Part shown: positions 17,508-26,186 of the stretch, in pieces
Layout: every line of letters begins with the position of its first letter
Position numbering within the stretch: the stretch's first letter is position 1
Source: a virus
Lineage: Duplodnaviria; Caudoviricetes
IMG/VR virus record: IMGVR_UViG_3300027835_000481
Location: 1 to 41,977 of that record
Length of the DNA stretch: 41,977 nucleotides
Strand: one strand, 5' to 3'
The notes under the pieces: model-generated
Database searches by the model: none
Told to the model about the DNA's origin: nothing
What the model saw: only the letters and a program-made list of their open reading frames with translations
Position numbers and translations under genes: made by a program

Positions 17508-18771
17508 TCGGTTCTCCGGTGTTAATACGGTCACCACCCGGCGTGGGCGGCAGGTTATCGATGCGACGTACTTCATTGGGCGACATCCAGCCCGGTTCGC
17601 CCGCGCGCCCGAGTGCGGTACGGAATGCTTCGTAACGCGTCTTGATGTCACCGCGTTCCAGACCCGCGGTATTGAACTCGCAGAAATACTTCGCGGTTCG
17701 AAAACATTTTCTGTTGAGTTCCTGCTCGATACGCGTGAGATGCGGCTGCAACGTGTACTTCACGAACCCAATACTCATGTGCTCGACGCCACTACCCCAC
17801 GAGCTGGTCTTCTCCGTCTCGCCAATCATGTGCGGCGGTACGCCATAAATACGCGCGATATCCACCACCTGAAACTGCCGGGTGGCCATGAGCTGCGCAT
17901 CCTCGGCATTCATCGACAGCGGATGAATCTTGAGGCCACCCGCCGCAATGACCGGCAGATGGGCATTGGCAAGACCACCGTAACGCGCACTCCACGACTC
18001 GCGCATCTTGGTGATCTGCTCGTCGTTCAGATTACCGGGATACTCCAGCACCACATCCGGATTCGCGCCGTGCGAGAAGAACCGTGCCGCATGTTCCTCG
18101 GCCGCGAGCGCTAGACCGATCGCCTGGCGCGCGGCATGCCGAATCGGCGAGAGGCTTCTCAATCCATCGAACCCCACACCGGGGACATGCAGCATGTCGT
18201 CCTGGTCGACGACTTGAGGTTTGTCCGGGGACTTACCGATTCCCCAGACGGCGTACTTCAAACGATCGCCCGTGTTGATCACCTGCACGTTACGCGGGTA
18301 GATCGGTACAAATCCCGAGATGTCTGCACTCTTCAGCGTCGGCCGCAGGATCAGGACAAACGCATCACCGTGCAGCAACACCGACGACAACAGGTATTCC
18401 CAGAACACCGCTGCCGATAAAGTCGGATGCGGCTGCTCGTTCAGCAACCACCAGAGGTTGTGCTCGGCCCGTTCACGCCCCTCTGGGGTGCGCCGGTATA
18501 TCGGCAACGGCAGGCTCGCGATGGCGCCCGCGATCAAGCGCACACAGGCGTAAACGGCACTTACCGACATCGCCGTGCGTTCGTTCACCGCGGGGCCTGC
18601 GACACTCGTCCCGTTGGTCAGGACTTCGTATAACTCGCTCCCGCGACTGCCGGTTGAAAGCGGCCAGTTATTTAGAATCGCGACATCGCGTTGTAACGTC
18701 GCGCGTTCCTTCTCTAACCGCAGCGCCTCGACTTCTCGCTTTAGTTGCCGGCGCTTCAGGAAGTCGAACAT
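17476..18771 (-). CDS. Portal protein, HK97 family
   Basis: SAVYACV.LIA..IASLP, G.SPI, IARIYGVPP.MIG; ATG at 18771 coupled to the TerL stop. Confidence 0.95.
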   Translation of the reverse strand: MFDFLKRRQLKREVEALRLEKERATLQRDVAILNNWPLSTGSRGSELYEVLTNGTSVAGPAVNERTAMSVSAVYACVRLIAGAIASLPLPIYRRTPEGRERAEHNLWWLLNEQPHPTLSAAVFWEYLLSSVLLHGDAFVLILRPTLKSADISGFVPIYPRNVQVINTGDRLKYAVWGIGKSPDKPQVVDQDDMLHVPGVGFDGLRSLSPIRHAARQAIGLALAAEEHAARFFSHGANPDVVLEYPGNLNDEQITKMRESWSARYGGLANAHLPVIAAGGLKIHPLSMNAEDAQLMATRQFQVVDIARIYGVPPHMIGETEKTSSWGSGVEHMSIGFVKYTLQPHLTRIEQELNRKCFRTAKYFCEFNTAGLERGDIKTRYEAFRTALGRAGEPGWMSPNEVRRIDNLPPTPGGDRINTGEPNAPDATAAGG

Positions 18772-20486
18772 CAGAGCATCACGAGGGTGGGCTTGATGGA
18801 GAGCGGTGCCAAGGTGGCCCGGGCAATCGCCATGATGAGCGCCACTACTCCATCGATCTTGTTCTCGGGAAACTCCTTTCTGGGGTAGATGTTGTCCTTG
18901 GCATCGATCTTCGCTACCACGTTCGACATCATCCAGGTCAGCACCGGGCAGTTGCCGTGGGCGAGCTTTCTTGCGAGCACGAGCGCCTCCAGGTTCTTCA
19001 TGGGTTCCGAGAAGTTCTGTACCGTGGCGCGCAGCTCCACCATGGGTAAGCCCTCGCCCAGCATCTGGGTCGCCAGTTGGGTGGCCTGCCACGGATCGTA
19101 AGGAACCTCTTTCACACTAAAGCGCGAGGCGGCATCGCGCAGGTCGTCCATGATGGTCTCGAAATCGATGACGTTGCCGGGCGTCAGTGTGAGAAGTCCC
19201 TGTTTCGCCCAGCCGGCGTAGTGGCTCGCGTTCGTGCTGGCACCCGCCTCGACCATCTCCTCGGGGAGGTAATAGCGACCGTGCACGTGATACAGCGGGT
19301 CATCCTCATGCGGCGGGAAGAGCAGCAGCAAGGCGGCGATGTCTACTTTCGAGGCAAGATCGAGCGCCAGGATGCAGGGACGGCCGGCTAAGGCTTCCAG
19401 CGGCCGTCGTGCCGGTGCTTGCTGCCACAACTGCATGTTCATCCAGGCATCGCGGGCACCGACCCAGATGTTGAGGTGCTTGGTCTTGAACGTCGCCTGA
19501 CGGCTGGGGAGCTGGCGCGCATCGCGTAACCGCGAGAGGAGATAGTCCTCACCAACCGATACCCCATAATTGGGATTGGCCTTGCGTAGCGCTACTTCAC
19601 TTGTCCAGTCGTCGTCTTCATCGACGGTGTAGATGATGCCGAACAACTCATCGTTCTGGAGCGCACCTTCTAACACCTTGAGTACTTGTGCCCGCTTCTC
19701 GTAGCAGGGACCCGCGATGTTGCTTCCTGCCGTCGTGATGATGAACGCGAGCGGCTGGTCGCGGGCGCCCATGCCCGTGACCATGGTGTCGTAGAGTTCG
19801 CTGGTGGCGTGCTCGTGGTACTCATCGACGATGGCGCACGAGGGGCTGGCGCCGTCACCCGGTTTGCCAATCAGCGGCTCGAAGCGGCTGCCATCGTTGG
19901 GGCATGCCAGGTTCGAGGCGTTGACCTCGATGCCGTACGCTTCACCTAACGCGGGTGTGCGTTTGGTAATTAGGCGCGCGGGACGAAATACTTCCCACGC
20001 CTGCTTCTCGGTGGTGGCGCCGCTGTATACCTCGGCACCGAACTCTTGGTCGGCGACAAACATATACAACCCGACGCCGGCAGCGAGGATGGACTTGCCG
20101 TTCTTGCGCGGGATCTCGTTGTACGCTTCACGGAAACGGCGCAGGCCGTCTTTCTTGCGGACCCATCCGAAGAGCGTGGTCAGGATGAAGCACTGCCACG
20201 GGGTAAGACGGATACGCTCGCGCTTGTGCGCCCACCTGCCCTTGGTGTGGGGCAGCAGTTCGATGAAGCGGCAGACGCGCTCGGCTTTGGCGTTATCGAA
20301 GCGATACGGCCACGTCGGATCGGACGCGCGCGCGAGATCGTTTAGTTGGCGCTGGCACGCGAGCTTGACCCATTTACAGGCCGGGCGGGTCCCGGCAACT
20401 ATCTCCTTGGCATACTCACGTGCGGCCTTAACGTGGACATCATGTTTAACCGTCGAGGCTCGTGAACGGGTTTTGCGTCGGGCCAC
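18771..20486 (-). CDS. terL: Terminase large subunit
   Basis: PRKNGKS Walker A, IVDEYHE Walker B, ITTAG, LDLASK.D, KIDG..AL. Confidence 0.96.
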   Translation of the reverse strand: MARRKTRSRASTVKHDVHVKAAREYAKEIVAGTRPACKWVKLACQRQLNDLARASDPTWPYRFDNAKAERVCRFIELLPHTKGRWAHKRERIRLTPWQCFILTTLFGWVRKKDGLRRFREAYNEIPRKNGKSILAAGVGLYMFVADQEFGAEVYSGATTEKQAWEVFRPARLITKRTPALGEAYGIEVNASNLACPNDGSRFEPLIGKPGDGASPSCAIVDEYHEHATSELYDTMVTGMGARDQPLAFIITTAGSNIAGPCYEKRAQVLKVLEGALQNDELFGIIYTVDEDDDWTSEVALRKANPNYGVSVGEDYLLSRLRDARQLPSRQATFKTKHLNIWVGARDAWMNMQLWQQAPARRPLEALAGRPCILALDLASKVDIAALLLLFPPHEDDPLYHVHGRYYLPEEMVEAGASTNASHYAGWAKQGLLTLTPGNVIDFETIMDDLRDAASRFSVKEVPYDPWQATQLATQMLGEGLPMVELRATVQNFSEPMKNLEALVLARKLAHGNCPVLTWMMSNVVAKIDAKDNIYPRKEFPENKIDGVVALIMAIARATLAPLSIKPTLVML

Positions 20487-20898
20487 CGGGTACCTTGATA
20501 CGGGAGCGGCTCACCGGGTCTAACCCGAGGGTGGAACCAAACAGCGTCATTTGGCGCATGGCTTCGTTGGCCACGGTGACCGCGGGATTCTTCTGTTGGC
20601 CGTTGTGGGTTGGTAGCGTCAGGCCGTGTTGGCGAATCGCGGCTTCGGCCATACGCCAGCGGGCATAAGCGCAGCAGAAGGCTTCGAGGTTGTGCAGATC
20701 GACTTCAGTCGCGACCCCCTTCTCGATCAGATGGGGTGCGAGCCAGTTCCACATCTCTCGGCCCAAGTCATCGAGCCATGCGGGGGCATCGGCATGGGTT
20801 AAGCGCGGGAACTGGGGTTCGTGTTTGTTCAGCGCTCGCTTACCGGGGTTGCCGGCGAGCAGCTTTAACGCCGTGGGCTTGGGTTTGCGTCCGCGCAT
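20446..20898 (-). CDS. terS: Terminase small subunit, P27 family
   Basis: GRKPKPTALK.L.GNPGKR, NPA, LGL.P.SRSR. Confidence 0.93.
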   Translation of the reverse strand: MRGRKPKPTALKLLAGNPGKRALNKHEPQFPRLTHADAPAWLDDLGREMWNWLAPHLIEKGVATEVDLHNLEAFCCAYARWRMAEAAIRQHGLTLPTHNGQQKNPAVTVANEAMRQMTLFGSTLGLDPVSRSRIKVPGGPTQNPFTSLDG

Positions 20899-20994
20899 CG
20901 GCGTCCTGGGGTAAGAAAAAGTTTAATTTCGCGGGTATAAAAATCTGATAGGCGCGCGGTCGCCAAGGTAAACGCCCAGCCTTTTGACCGCCCC
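20899..20994 (-). other. Probable cos region
   Basis: Intergenic segment between HNH and terS starting GGGTAGGGGGCGGTCAAAA, the usual cos location in HK97-like phages; cut site not determined. Confidence 0.5.
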
Positions 20995-21372
20995 CTACCC
21001 TTGCCCATTGCCAAAGCCACCGTCGTGGCGTGCGGTCTTGCGGGAGTGACAGGGATGGCACAGCGACTGGTGATTGGTTTGATCCCAAAAGCATGGGTCA
21101 TCGGGTCCTGTCACGGGAACGATGTGGTCTACGTCGGTTGCGGGCGTTGCTCGTCCGACGCGTTGGCACTCCACACACAAGGGATGCTGTTGCAGATACC
21201 ACGCTCGGTATTGTTGCCAGCGCCGTCCATAGCCACGGCTAGCGGCACTACCTCGGCGTTGGTTCGCCGCCTTATGCTCTTGTATACGATGACGCTCGCA
21301 GTAGCGCTGCCCGCATTCGATCAATACGGGGCAATGCGGCCACGCACAGGGTTTGCGCGGGGCATGGGGCAT
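20995..21372 (-). CDS. Terminase-associated HNH endonuclease
   Basis: RGY...W...R..YL..HPLC.EC, VDHI.P, N.QSLC..CH..KT. Confidence 0.93.
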   Translation of the reverse strand: MPHAPRKPCAWPHCPVLIECGQRYCERHRIQEHKAANQRRGSAASRGYGRRWQQYRAWYLQQHPLCVECQRVGRATPATDVDHIVPVTGPDDPCFWDQTNHQSLCHPCHSRKTARHDGGFGNGQG

Positions 21373-21412
21373 GCAGCTCCATCACTTCGGCGGGATCGTG
21401 TACGGTAGACAT

Positions 21413-21507
21413 GAAAATGCCCGCGACTGGGCGGGCAATGGGCGTAGTGGGTCGGGAGTTAAATTAGCACAGTCACGGTGTAAGGCAAAAACTTTCGACT
21501 AACATTT
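21413..21507 (-). promoter_or_regulatory. Late promoter/terminator unit copy 1 (pR'/tR'-like)
   Basis: TTGCCT(21488-83)-16 bp-TAATTT(21466-61) with TGn; GCCCGC/GCGGGC hairpin plus T-run 21413-21437. Confidence 0.7.
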
Positions 21508-21543
21508 AGCAGTACGACGAAAACAACCAATGGAGAAAAAACA

Positions 21544-21897
21544 ATGAAAGACCCTGACGATTCATTTCCACAACGACTGCAACACACGCCGTATCTTGAA
21601 GATACATTCGTAAATTTCGTCTTCAACAACGTCCGAAATATTACGCTATCGGTACTACCCTCCCTGGCTGCAAAAACGTACCTTGCGAACCCCTATGCAG
21701 AACCAGCCGTCGTGGTGAAAATCTGTGCCTATCTGCTCGCGGGCGTGGGATTGGGTCTATTAACCCTCAACGCATTACACGGCCTTCGTAAAATATCAGC
21801 GCTTGGATACCCTCGATGGATAATCGTACCGTTGGCTGCGCTATACCTTTTTGTCGTTTGTTTGATATACGTTCTCTCGCCAGATATTCGGAAATGA
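21544..21897 (+). CDS. Hypothetical membrane protein (about 3 TM)
   Basis: GGAG RBS; hydrophobic segments; opposite strand to phage genes. Confidence 0.75.
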   Translation: MKDPDDSFPQRLQHTPYLEDTFVNFVFNNVRNITLSVLPSLAAKTYLANPYAEPAVVVKICAYLLAGVGLGLLTLNALHGLRKISALGYPRWIIVPLAALYLFVVCLIYVLSPDIRK

Positions 21898-21925
21898 ACA
21901 GATAAGCTAATATTCTGCACGGTGC

Positions 21926-22390
21926 ATGAATACCAACACCAAGGAGAGGCGAGTGAAGGCAGCCAAATCAAGCAGTGCTGGCGTGCATGCGACGGCAATT
22001 CACGATTTCCGAACGACGCTTGATGAGCTGGAAAGAAAATCTCAGGAATCCTACGACAAAGCGATCTTAACCCTTTCCGGCGGCGCACTCGGTGTAACGA
22101 TTTCCTTTGTCAAAGACGTGATTGGCGACCATGCCGCCAAAGATACGCCCTTGATGCTCATCAGTTGGTGCTGCTGGGGCCTTAGCCTTCTGTGCGTACT
22201 CTTCTCTCACTACTTCAGTCAACTCGCCCTCCGGAAAACCATTCAACAACTCGATGCCGGCACATTGGCCCACGAAACGCCGGGCGGCTGGATGGACCGC
22301 GTGACGTCTACCCTCAATGCAGGGAGCGGACTGTTTTTCCTGGTGGGAACATTCTTTTTTGTCTTCTTTGCGCACAGCAACTTGGGGTGA
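21926..22390 (+). CDS. Hypothetical 3-TM membrane protein (YDKAILTLSGGALG motif)
   Basis: Three hydrophobic segments; true start may be GTG 21953 (AGGAGAGG upstream). Confidence 0.8.
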   Translation: MNTNTKERRVKAAKSSSAGVHATAIHDFRTTLDELERKSQESYDKAILTLSGGALGVTISFVKDVIGDHAAKDTPLMLISWCCWGLSLLCVLFSHYFSQLALRKTIQQLDAGTLAHETPGGWMDRVTSTLNAGSGLFFLVGTFFFVFFAHSNLG

Positions 22391-22393
22391 GCC

Positions 22394-22855
22394 ATGACCA
22401 ACCGCAAAAACCCGTCAGGCACTACGATCATCGTGAAGGGCGTCAAGAACATTGCGCCACGTGCTGGAAAATTACCCGCTGGCACCGTGTGTGTGAAAAC
22501 GGTGAAATTACCGGACCACTTTCAGCTACCCGCAGGCACGGCGGCGGTTCAGCTCGTCAAACTACCCGGCGCTAAATCGAACGCGTTGGACGGGTATGCG
22601 GTGAAGTCGTTATCACTATGCAAGAACGGTGCGCTGCCCGCGGGCAGCGTTATTGTTAGCGCGGTACGTCACTCACCACGAATGTTAACGATCGAAGTAA
22701 GCGACGTTATCGAACACAGCATGATCGACCCATCGATTGACTTGGGAATCTCCGTACCCGAGATCCCGCCCATGATCGGTAAAAAGAAAGGTGATTCCCG
22801 AAAACTCGGCATCCGAGTGCCGATCATTCCGCCACACATCATCAAGAAAAAATAA
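22394..22855 (+). CDS. Hypothetical repeat protein (LPAG-x-x-x-V repeats; two C-terminal G-I-x-V-P-x-I-P-P motifs)
   Basis: Starts 3 nt after upstream stop; internal repeats visible in translation. Confidence 0.65.
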   Translation: MTNRKNPSGTTIIVKGVKNIAPRAGKLPAGTVCVKTVKLPDHFQLPAGTAAVQLVKLPGAKSNALDGYAVKSLSLCKNGALPAGSVIVSAVRHSPRMLTIEVSDVIEHSMIDPSIDLGISVPEIPPMIGKKKGDSRKLGIRVPIIPPHIIKKK

Positions 22856-22882
22856 GAAGCGTTACTTGTTGGAGAAGCGTCA

Positions 22883-22999
22883 ATGAACCAGTCAAACCAA
22901 CCGCAGGAAAAACCCGACTCCGATGACTTCAGAAAAGGGCTGCGAGTACCTATCCCACCGCCTCTAGACGATCAGCCGAAACCGCCACCGGAGGAGTAG
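22883..22999 (+). CDS. 38-aa proline-rich peptide MNQSNQPQEKPDSDDFRKGLRVPIPPPLDDQPKPPPEE
   Basis: Read by hand; GGAG RBS at 22871; shares motif with the C-terminus of the upstream gene. Confidence 0.7.
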   Translation: MNQSNQPQEKPDSDDFRKGLRVPIPPPLDDQPKPPPEE

Positions 23000-23056
23000 T
23001 TTGTCACTTGTGTAACTGCGCGGTGTTGGACCGGGTGTGGTGCTTGGTGCTACAAC

Positions 23057-23153
23057 GAAAAACGCCCGCAACATTGGCGGGCGCAGGACGTAGTGGGTCG
23101 GGAGTTAAATTAGCATAGCCACATAGGGGGTCAAAACGTTTCGACTAACATTT
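23057..23153 (-). promoter_or_regulatory. Late promoter/terminator unit copy 2 (pR'/tR'-like)
   Basis: TTGACC(23134-29)-16 bp-TAATTT(23112-07) with TGn; CGCCCGC/GCGGGCG hairpin plus T-run; 27-bp and 15-bp blocks identical to copy 1. Confidence 0.7.
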
Positions 23154-23207
23154 TCCTTTGTCGTCCTCGAAGTAAGTAATTCGGCATCTGGCTGAAAGAA
23201 AAAACTT

Positions 23208-23792
23208 CTAACGCAATCCAACTATTACCTGATTGATCGTTTGATCTATTCCGTTGAGGGTATTTTGTTGCTCGGCGATTCTCGATTTGAGGTTCTGTTC
23301 CTGACGAAGTAACGCTTCATATTTCTGGCACTCGGACCCATAGCGGGTTATCGACGGCCCCAACTTTCTGTATTCTTCGCACTTTAGCGTGTACTCCCCC
23401 AGATCACCGCTCAGCGCATCAAGCTCTCGAAAGCGCTTACTGATCGAGTCGCGAAGCATGGCCCGCTCGTTACGCAGTTCGTTGAGCCGATATTCTTTGT
23501 CACGATTGTCATTAAGACGCGCGATAACCTTACTGTGCTCTTCACGGAGAACGATATTGCTATAAGTACTCTCGTCCAGATATCTTTTCTGCTCCGAGAG
23601 TTCTTTTCGTAACCGTTCTTCTGTCAGACGCGAAGATTCAAAGTCTTTCCATCGGTAATAGCCTATACCGAGCATTATTCCTATCAGGATCGCAACCGCT
23701 AACCCCAACACTATTCGGAATCCCTTTTGCGGGAACAGTTTTATTAAAACCTTCAGCACTGTGTCTATCCATTTCCATTCTTCCATTGCCAT
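23208..23792 (-). CDS. Membrane-anchored coiled-coil hypothetical protein (accessory)
   Basis: GGAGG..GAGGT RBS; one TM then heptad-like helical region; visibly AT-richer than flanks. Confidence 0.8.
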   Translation of the reverse strand: MAMEEWKWIDTVLKVLIKLFPQKGFRIVLGLAVAILIGIMLGIGYYRWKDFESSRLTEERLRKELSEQKRYLDESTYSNIVLREEHSKVIARLNDNRDKEYRLNELRNERAMLRDSISKRFRELDALSGDLGEYTLKCEEYRKLGPSITRYGSECQKYEALLRQEQNLKSRIAEQQNTLNGIDQTINQVIVGLR

Positions 23793-23851
23793 ACCTCATC
23801 CCTCCAAATCTGCTGTTGTTACTCGCTAAACCCGTCCAACGACGATCGGGA

Positions 23852-24796
23852 TTATGGGTCCGGATTTGTGGACGAATGAAACCGTTCGTTTAATGATGCA
23901 AGTAACATCTTCCCTTCAATATCCGCCGACTCATAGAGCGGATAGGAAGAAAAACGATTTAAGAACGCCACTGCACCATCCGTTTGCCGCCGAAATGGCA
24001 TCTTATAATGGAGCAAAATAGCAATCGTGGTGGGCGCATATCGTTTGAACCGACCAATAATTAGAGGCGCCCATTTATTCAGCATAGCGATCATGATCAA
24101 ACGCAGCTCGCCGACGTCGGCATGCACACCTTTTGCATTTTGTTCAAACGCTTTCCATACCAATCTAGTAATGGAAACCGCGACGATGCCACGTTGGTTG
24201 ATGTTCGGGTACTCCCGACATCGTTCTGCTATCTGTTCGTTGGCACGATGAATCAACTGGTCCACGTTGTTTTCGCTGACCGCTCTTTTGCACTCGACAT
24301 GAATCAGCGTGTTGTCAATCATGAAGTTGGTATCGGCAAGCGACTTAAACGATACGGGATAACCGGCCCGCACAAGGCGTGCGGCGGTGTACAACTCGAA
24401 TGTGAAGCTGCGGCCGTGAATGTTCCCACCATCACTCTTTTCATCATCAAGGAGTGTCGGTCCGGTTGCGATCTTCTTTAGGTTTTCCACGAATTTGGAA
24501 TCGCGGATATCTTTAAGGCAGGTATATATCTCGAGCAAATCATGCAACTCGGCATGTGCCCACAGTAGCCCGAGGTCCGCTGATATATCTTGCGACGATT
24601 GTGTTACCTGCAAAGGCCTGGCTAGTTGTTCTTTGTACTTCTGAAACCGCGTGAGATTGACCCGAACGCCGTGGCTTTCGAGCCACGCTCGAGCTTCCTC
24701 GTATTTTTGAAGCAGGTCGGAAAGTCCTTGTGTATGGAGTTTTGAGCTATCGATCAACACAGCAGTTGCCTCTACAGAGCTATTCTTCTTCATCAA
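23852..24796 (-). CDS. Accessory protein with probable PD-(D/E)XK nuclease fold
   Basis: FELYTAA.L ... AD ... VECKR arrangement; start uncertain (TTG 24796 or ATG 24793). Confidence 0.65.
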   Translation of the reverse strand: MMKKNSSVEATAVLIDSSKLHTQGLSDLLQKYEEARAWLESHGVRVNLTRFQKYKEQLARPLQVTQSSQDISADLGLLWAHAELHDLLEIYTCLKDIRDSKFVENLKKIATGPTLLDDEKSDGGNIHGRSFTFELYTAARLVRAGYPVSFKSLADTNFMIDNTLIHVECKRAVSENNVDQLIHRANEQIAERCREYPNINQRGIVAVSITRLVWKAFEQNAKGVHADVGELRLIMIAMLNKWAPLIIGRFKRYAPTTIAILLHYKMPFRRQTDGAVAFLNRFSSYPLYESADIEGKMLLASLNERFHSSTNPDP

Positions 24797-24810
24797 CTTC
24801 CAGCGAAGTT

Positions 24811-25551
24811 CTAGGCGGCATCTCGCTTCGGTTCGCTTGCGGAATACGCCCCGATATGTTCCGTCACACCACAGAGCGGATCAGGACTAAGCATAATTCC
24901 GTTGTCTCGCAGATTTACTTTCAGGTCTTGTGTCCTGTGCTCATGCAATCCATCGACATAAGAAAACTGCACAACCCCCTCAAGGGTTGTTTCCTTGCAC
25001 AGTAAAGTGAATTGAACTTCATGGTTGAAATCGAAGATGCTTATGAATAACGGTTCGATCGAGAAGTCGCCCACCGGGGCCAATCGCACACTGGTTACCG
25101 TATGGCCGGTGTTCGTGAGATGGAATAACACTCGCATTCCTGACGATATTTTGTTTACCTGCGATGCGCCAATTCTCAATTTCATCTGCGAAATCTTTGT
25201 CAGCTTCACTCGCTCAAGACGTAGGGTCTGCTCGGTAATTGCTACTTGTCGCTGCGTCACTTCGACCAGTCGCCGTTGTTGTTCCACCGATTCTTGGAGT
25301 TCTTCGGCCTGCTGGCTCAGCGCCTGCTCTTGCAGCATCAACGCCTTGGTATTTTGTTTCAGTTCCTGGCCTTGCTGGTAGTAGCCGAGGATTAACCATA
25401 GGAACGCAACCGGTGCCATCATCCCGGCCAAAAAATCGCCGACCGTGTTCGGCGTCAACCCGACGAAACTACCGAGTTTTCCTGTAAGGCCCAACACCGC
25501 TATGACGACGAACCAAGATACCGTAACCAGCAACCCTAGTTTTGTTCTCAC
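24811..25551 (-). CDS. Accessory membrane protein (2 TM + coiled coil + C-terminal beta domain)
   Basis: PN.VGDFLAG..AP.AFLWL.LGY.QQG.EL..NT.AL motif; GGGAG RBS and GTG start. Confidence 0.8.
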   Translation of the reverse strand: MRTKLGLLVTVSWFVVIAVLGLTGKLGSFVGLTPNTVGDFLAGMMAPVAFLWLILGYYQQGQELKQNTKALMLQEQALSQQAEELQESVEQQRRLVEVTQRQVAITEQTLRLERVKLTKISQMKLRIGASQVNKISSGMRVLFHLTNTGHTVTSVRLAPVGDFSIEPLFISIFDFNHEVQFTLLCKETTLEGVVQFSYVDGLHEHRTQDLKVNLRDNGIMLSPDPLCGVTEHIGAYSASEPKRDAA

Positions 25552-25586
25552 GTCTGAATCTCCCTAATTTACGGATTTCCTGATTT

Positions 25587-26186
25587 CTATTTATCACTAA
25601 ATAATCGCCGCACCAAGGCACGAATCGCCTGCTCATCCCAACCACGAAGCACCGCATGCATCGAACCCAAGCGAGGTCGCCAAATCCGCTCCCAAGCTGG
25701 CAATGGAAGACCGAGCATTTCCGCACGCGTTTCGTCACTCGTTGCACGCACACCGGTACCTCGACAATCCGGACATACCATGCACTTGGCACCAATCATG
25801 CGCTCGGCCACCCCATGGCAAGCGGGACACGTATCGATATGGCAGTAATCGAGTGCAGCGAGCTTCGCGAGATCCAAAATCAAGCCCGGTCGGTGAGAAT
25901 TGCAGGCCATCCATACCTTGCCGTGTTTATCCATGATGGCTGTATAGAGCGACACCGCAAGGTCACAATAGTAATTTTCCTGCCCCGCGTACTTCACCCG
26001 GGCGAGATAACGCGCCCCATCGGGAATGGTCCGATCGCCTAAGGCAGCGGCGATGTCCTGTTCGGGTAATTCGAGCAGTCCTCCGCCCAAGACACCGTTT
26101 GGCATGTTCGAGTCGGGGTTCAGCCGGGCCAGGACTTCCGCGGTCGTTTTCTCGTTACTTTCATCGTATTTGAATCGGTAAGTCAT
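25587..26186 (-). CDS. Late antiterminator, lambda Q-like (Zn-finger)
   Basis: L..QDIAAALG, CPACHG...CPDCRGTG, C-terminal HTH-like RAEMLGL...W.R.W; last gene of the nin region. Confidence 0.7.
   Translation of the reverse strand: MTYRFKYDESNEKTTAEVLARLNPDSNMPNGVLGGGLLELPEQDIAAALGDRTIPDGARYLARVKYAGQENYYCDLAVSLYTAIMDKHGKVWMACNSHRPGLILDLAKLAALDYCHIDTCPACHGVAERMIGAKCMVCPDCRGTGVRATSDETRAEMLGLPLPAWERIWRPRLGSMHAVLRGWDEQAIRALVRRLFSDK

Noticed and set aside
17476-19092. 538-aa portal and 292-aa protease as given in the ORF track
   Set aside because: N-terminal extensions overlap upstream genes; coupled starts at 18771 and 17507 fit better
2925-20523. Many long + strand ORFs antisense to structural genes (e.g. 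3672-4547, 6946-7905, 8694-9917)
   Set aside because: Shadow ORFs expected in GC-rich coding DNA; the minus-strand frames carry the recognisable motifs
21463-23123. ATTAGC in both late promoter copies as repressor operators
   Set aside because: Only a half-site matches, and it is explained by the TGn-TAATTT promoter element
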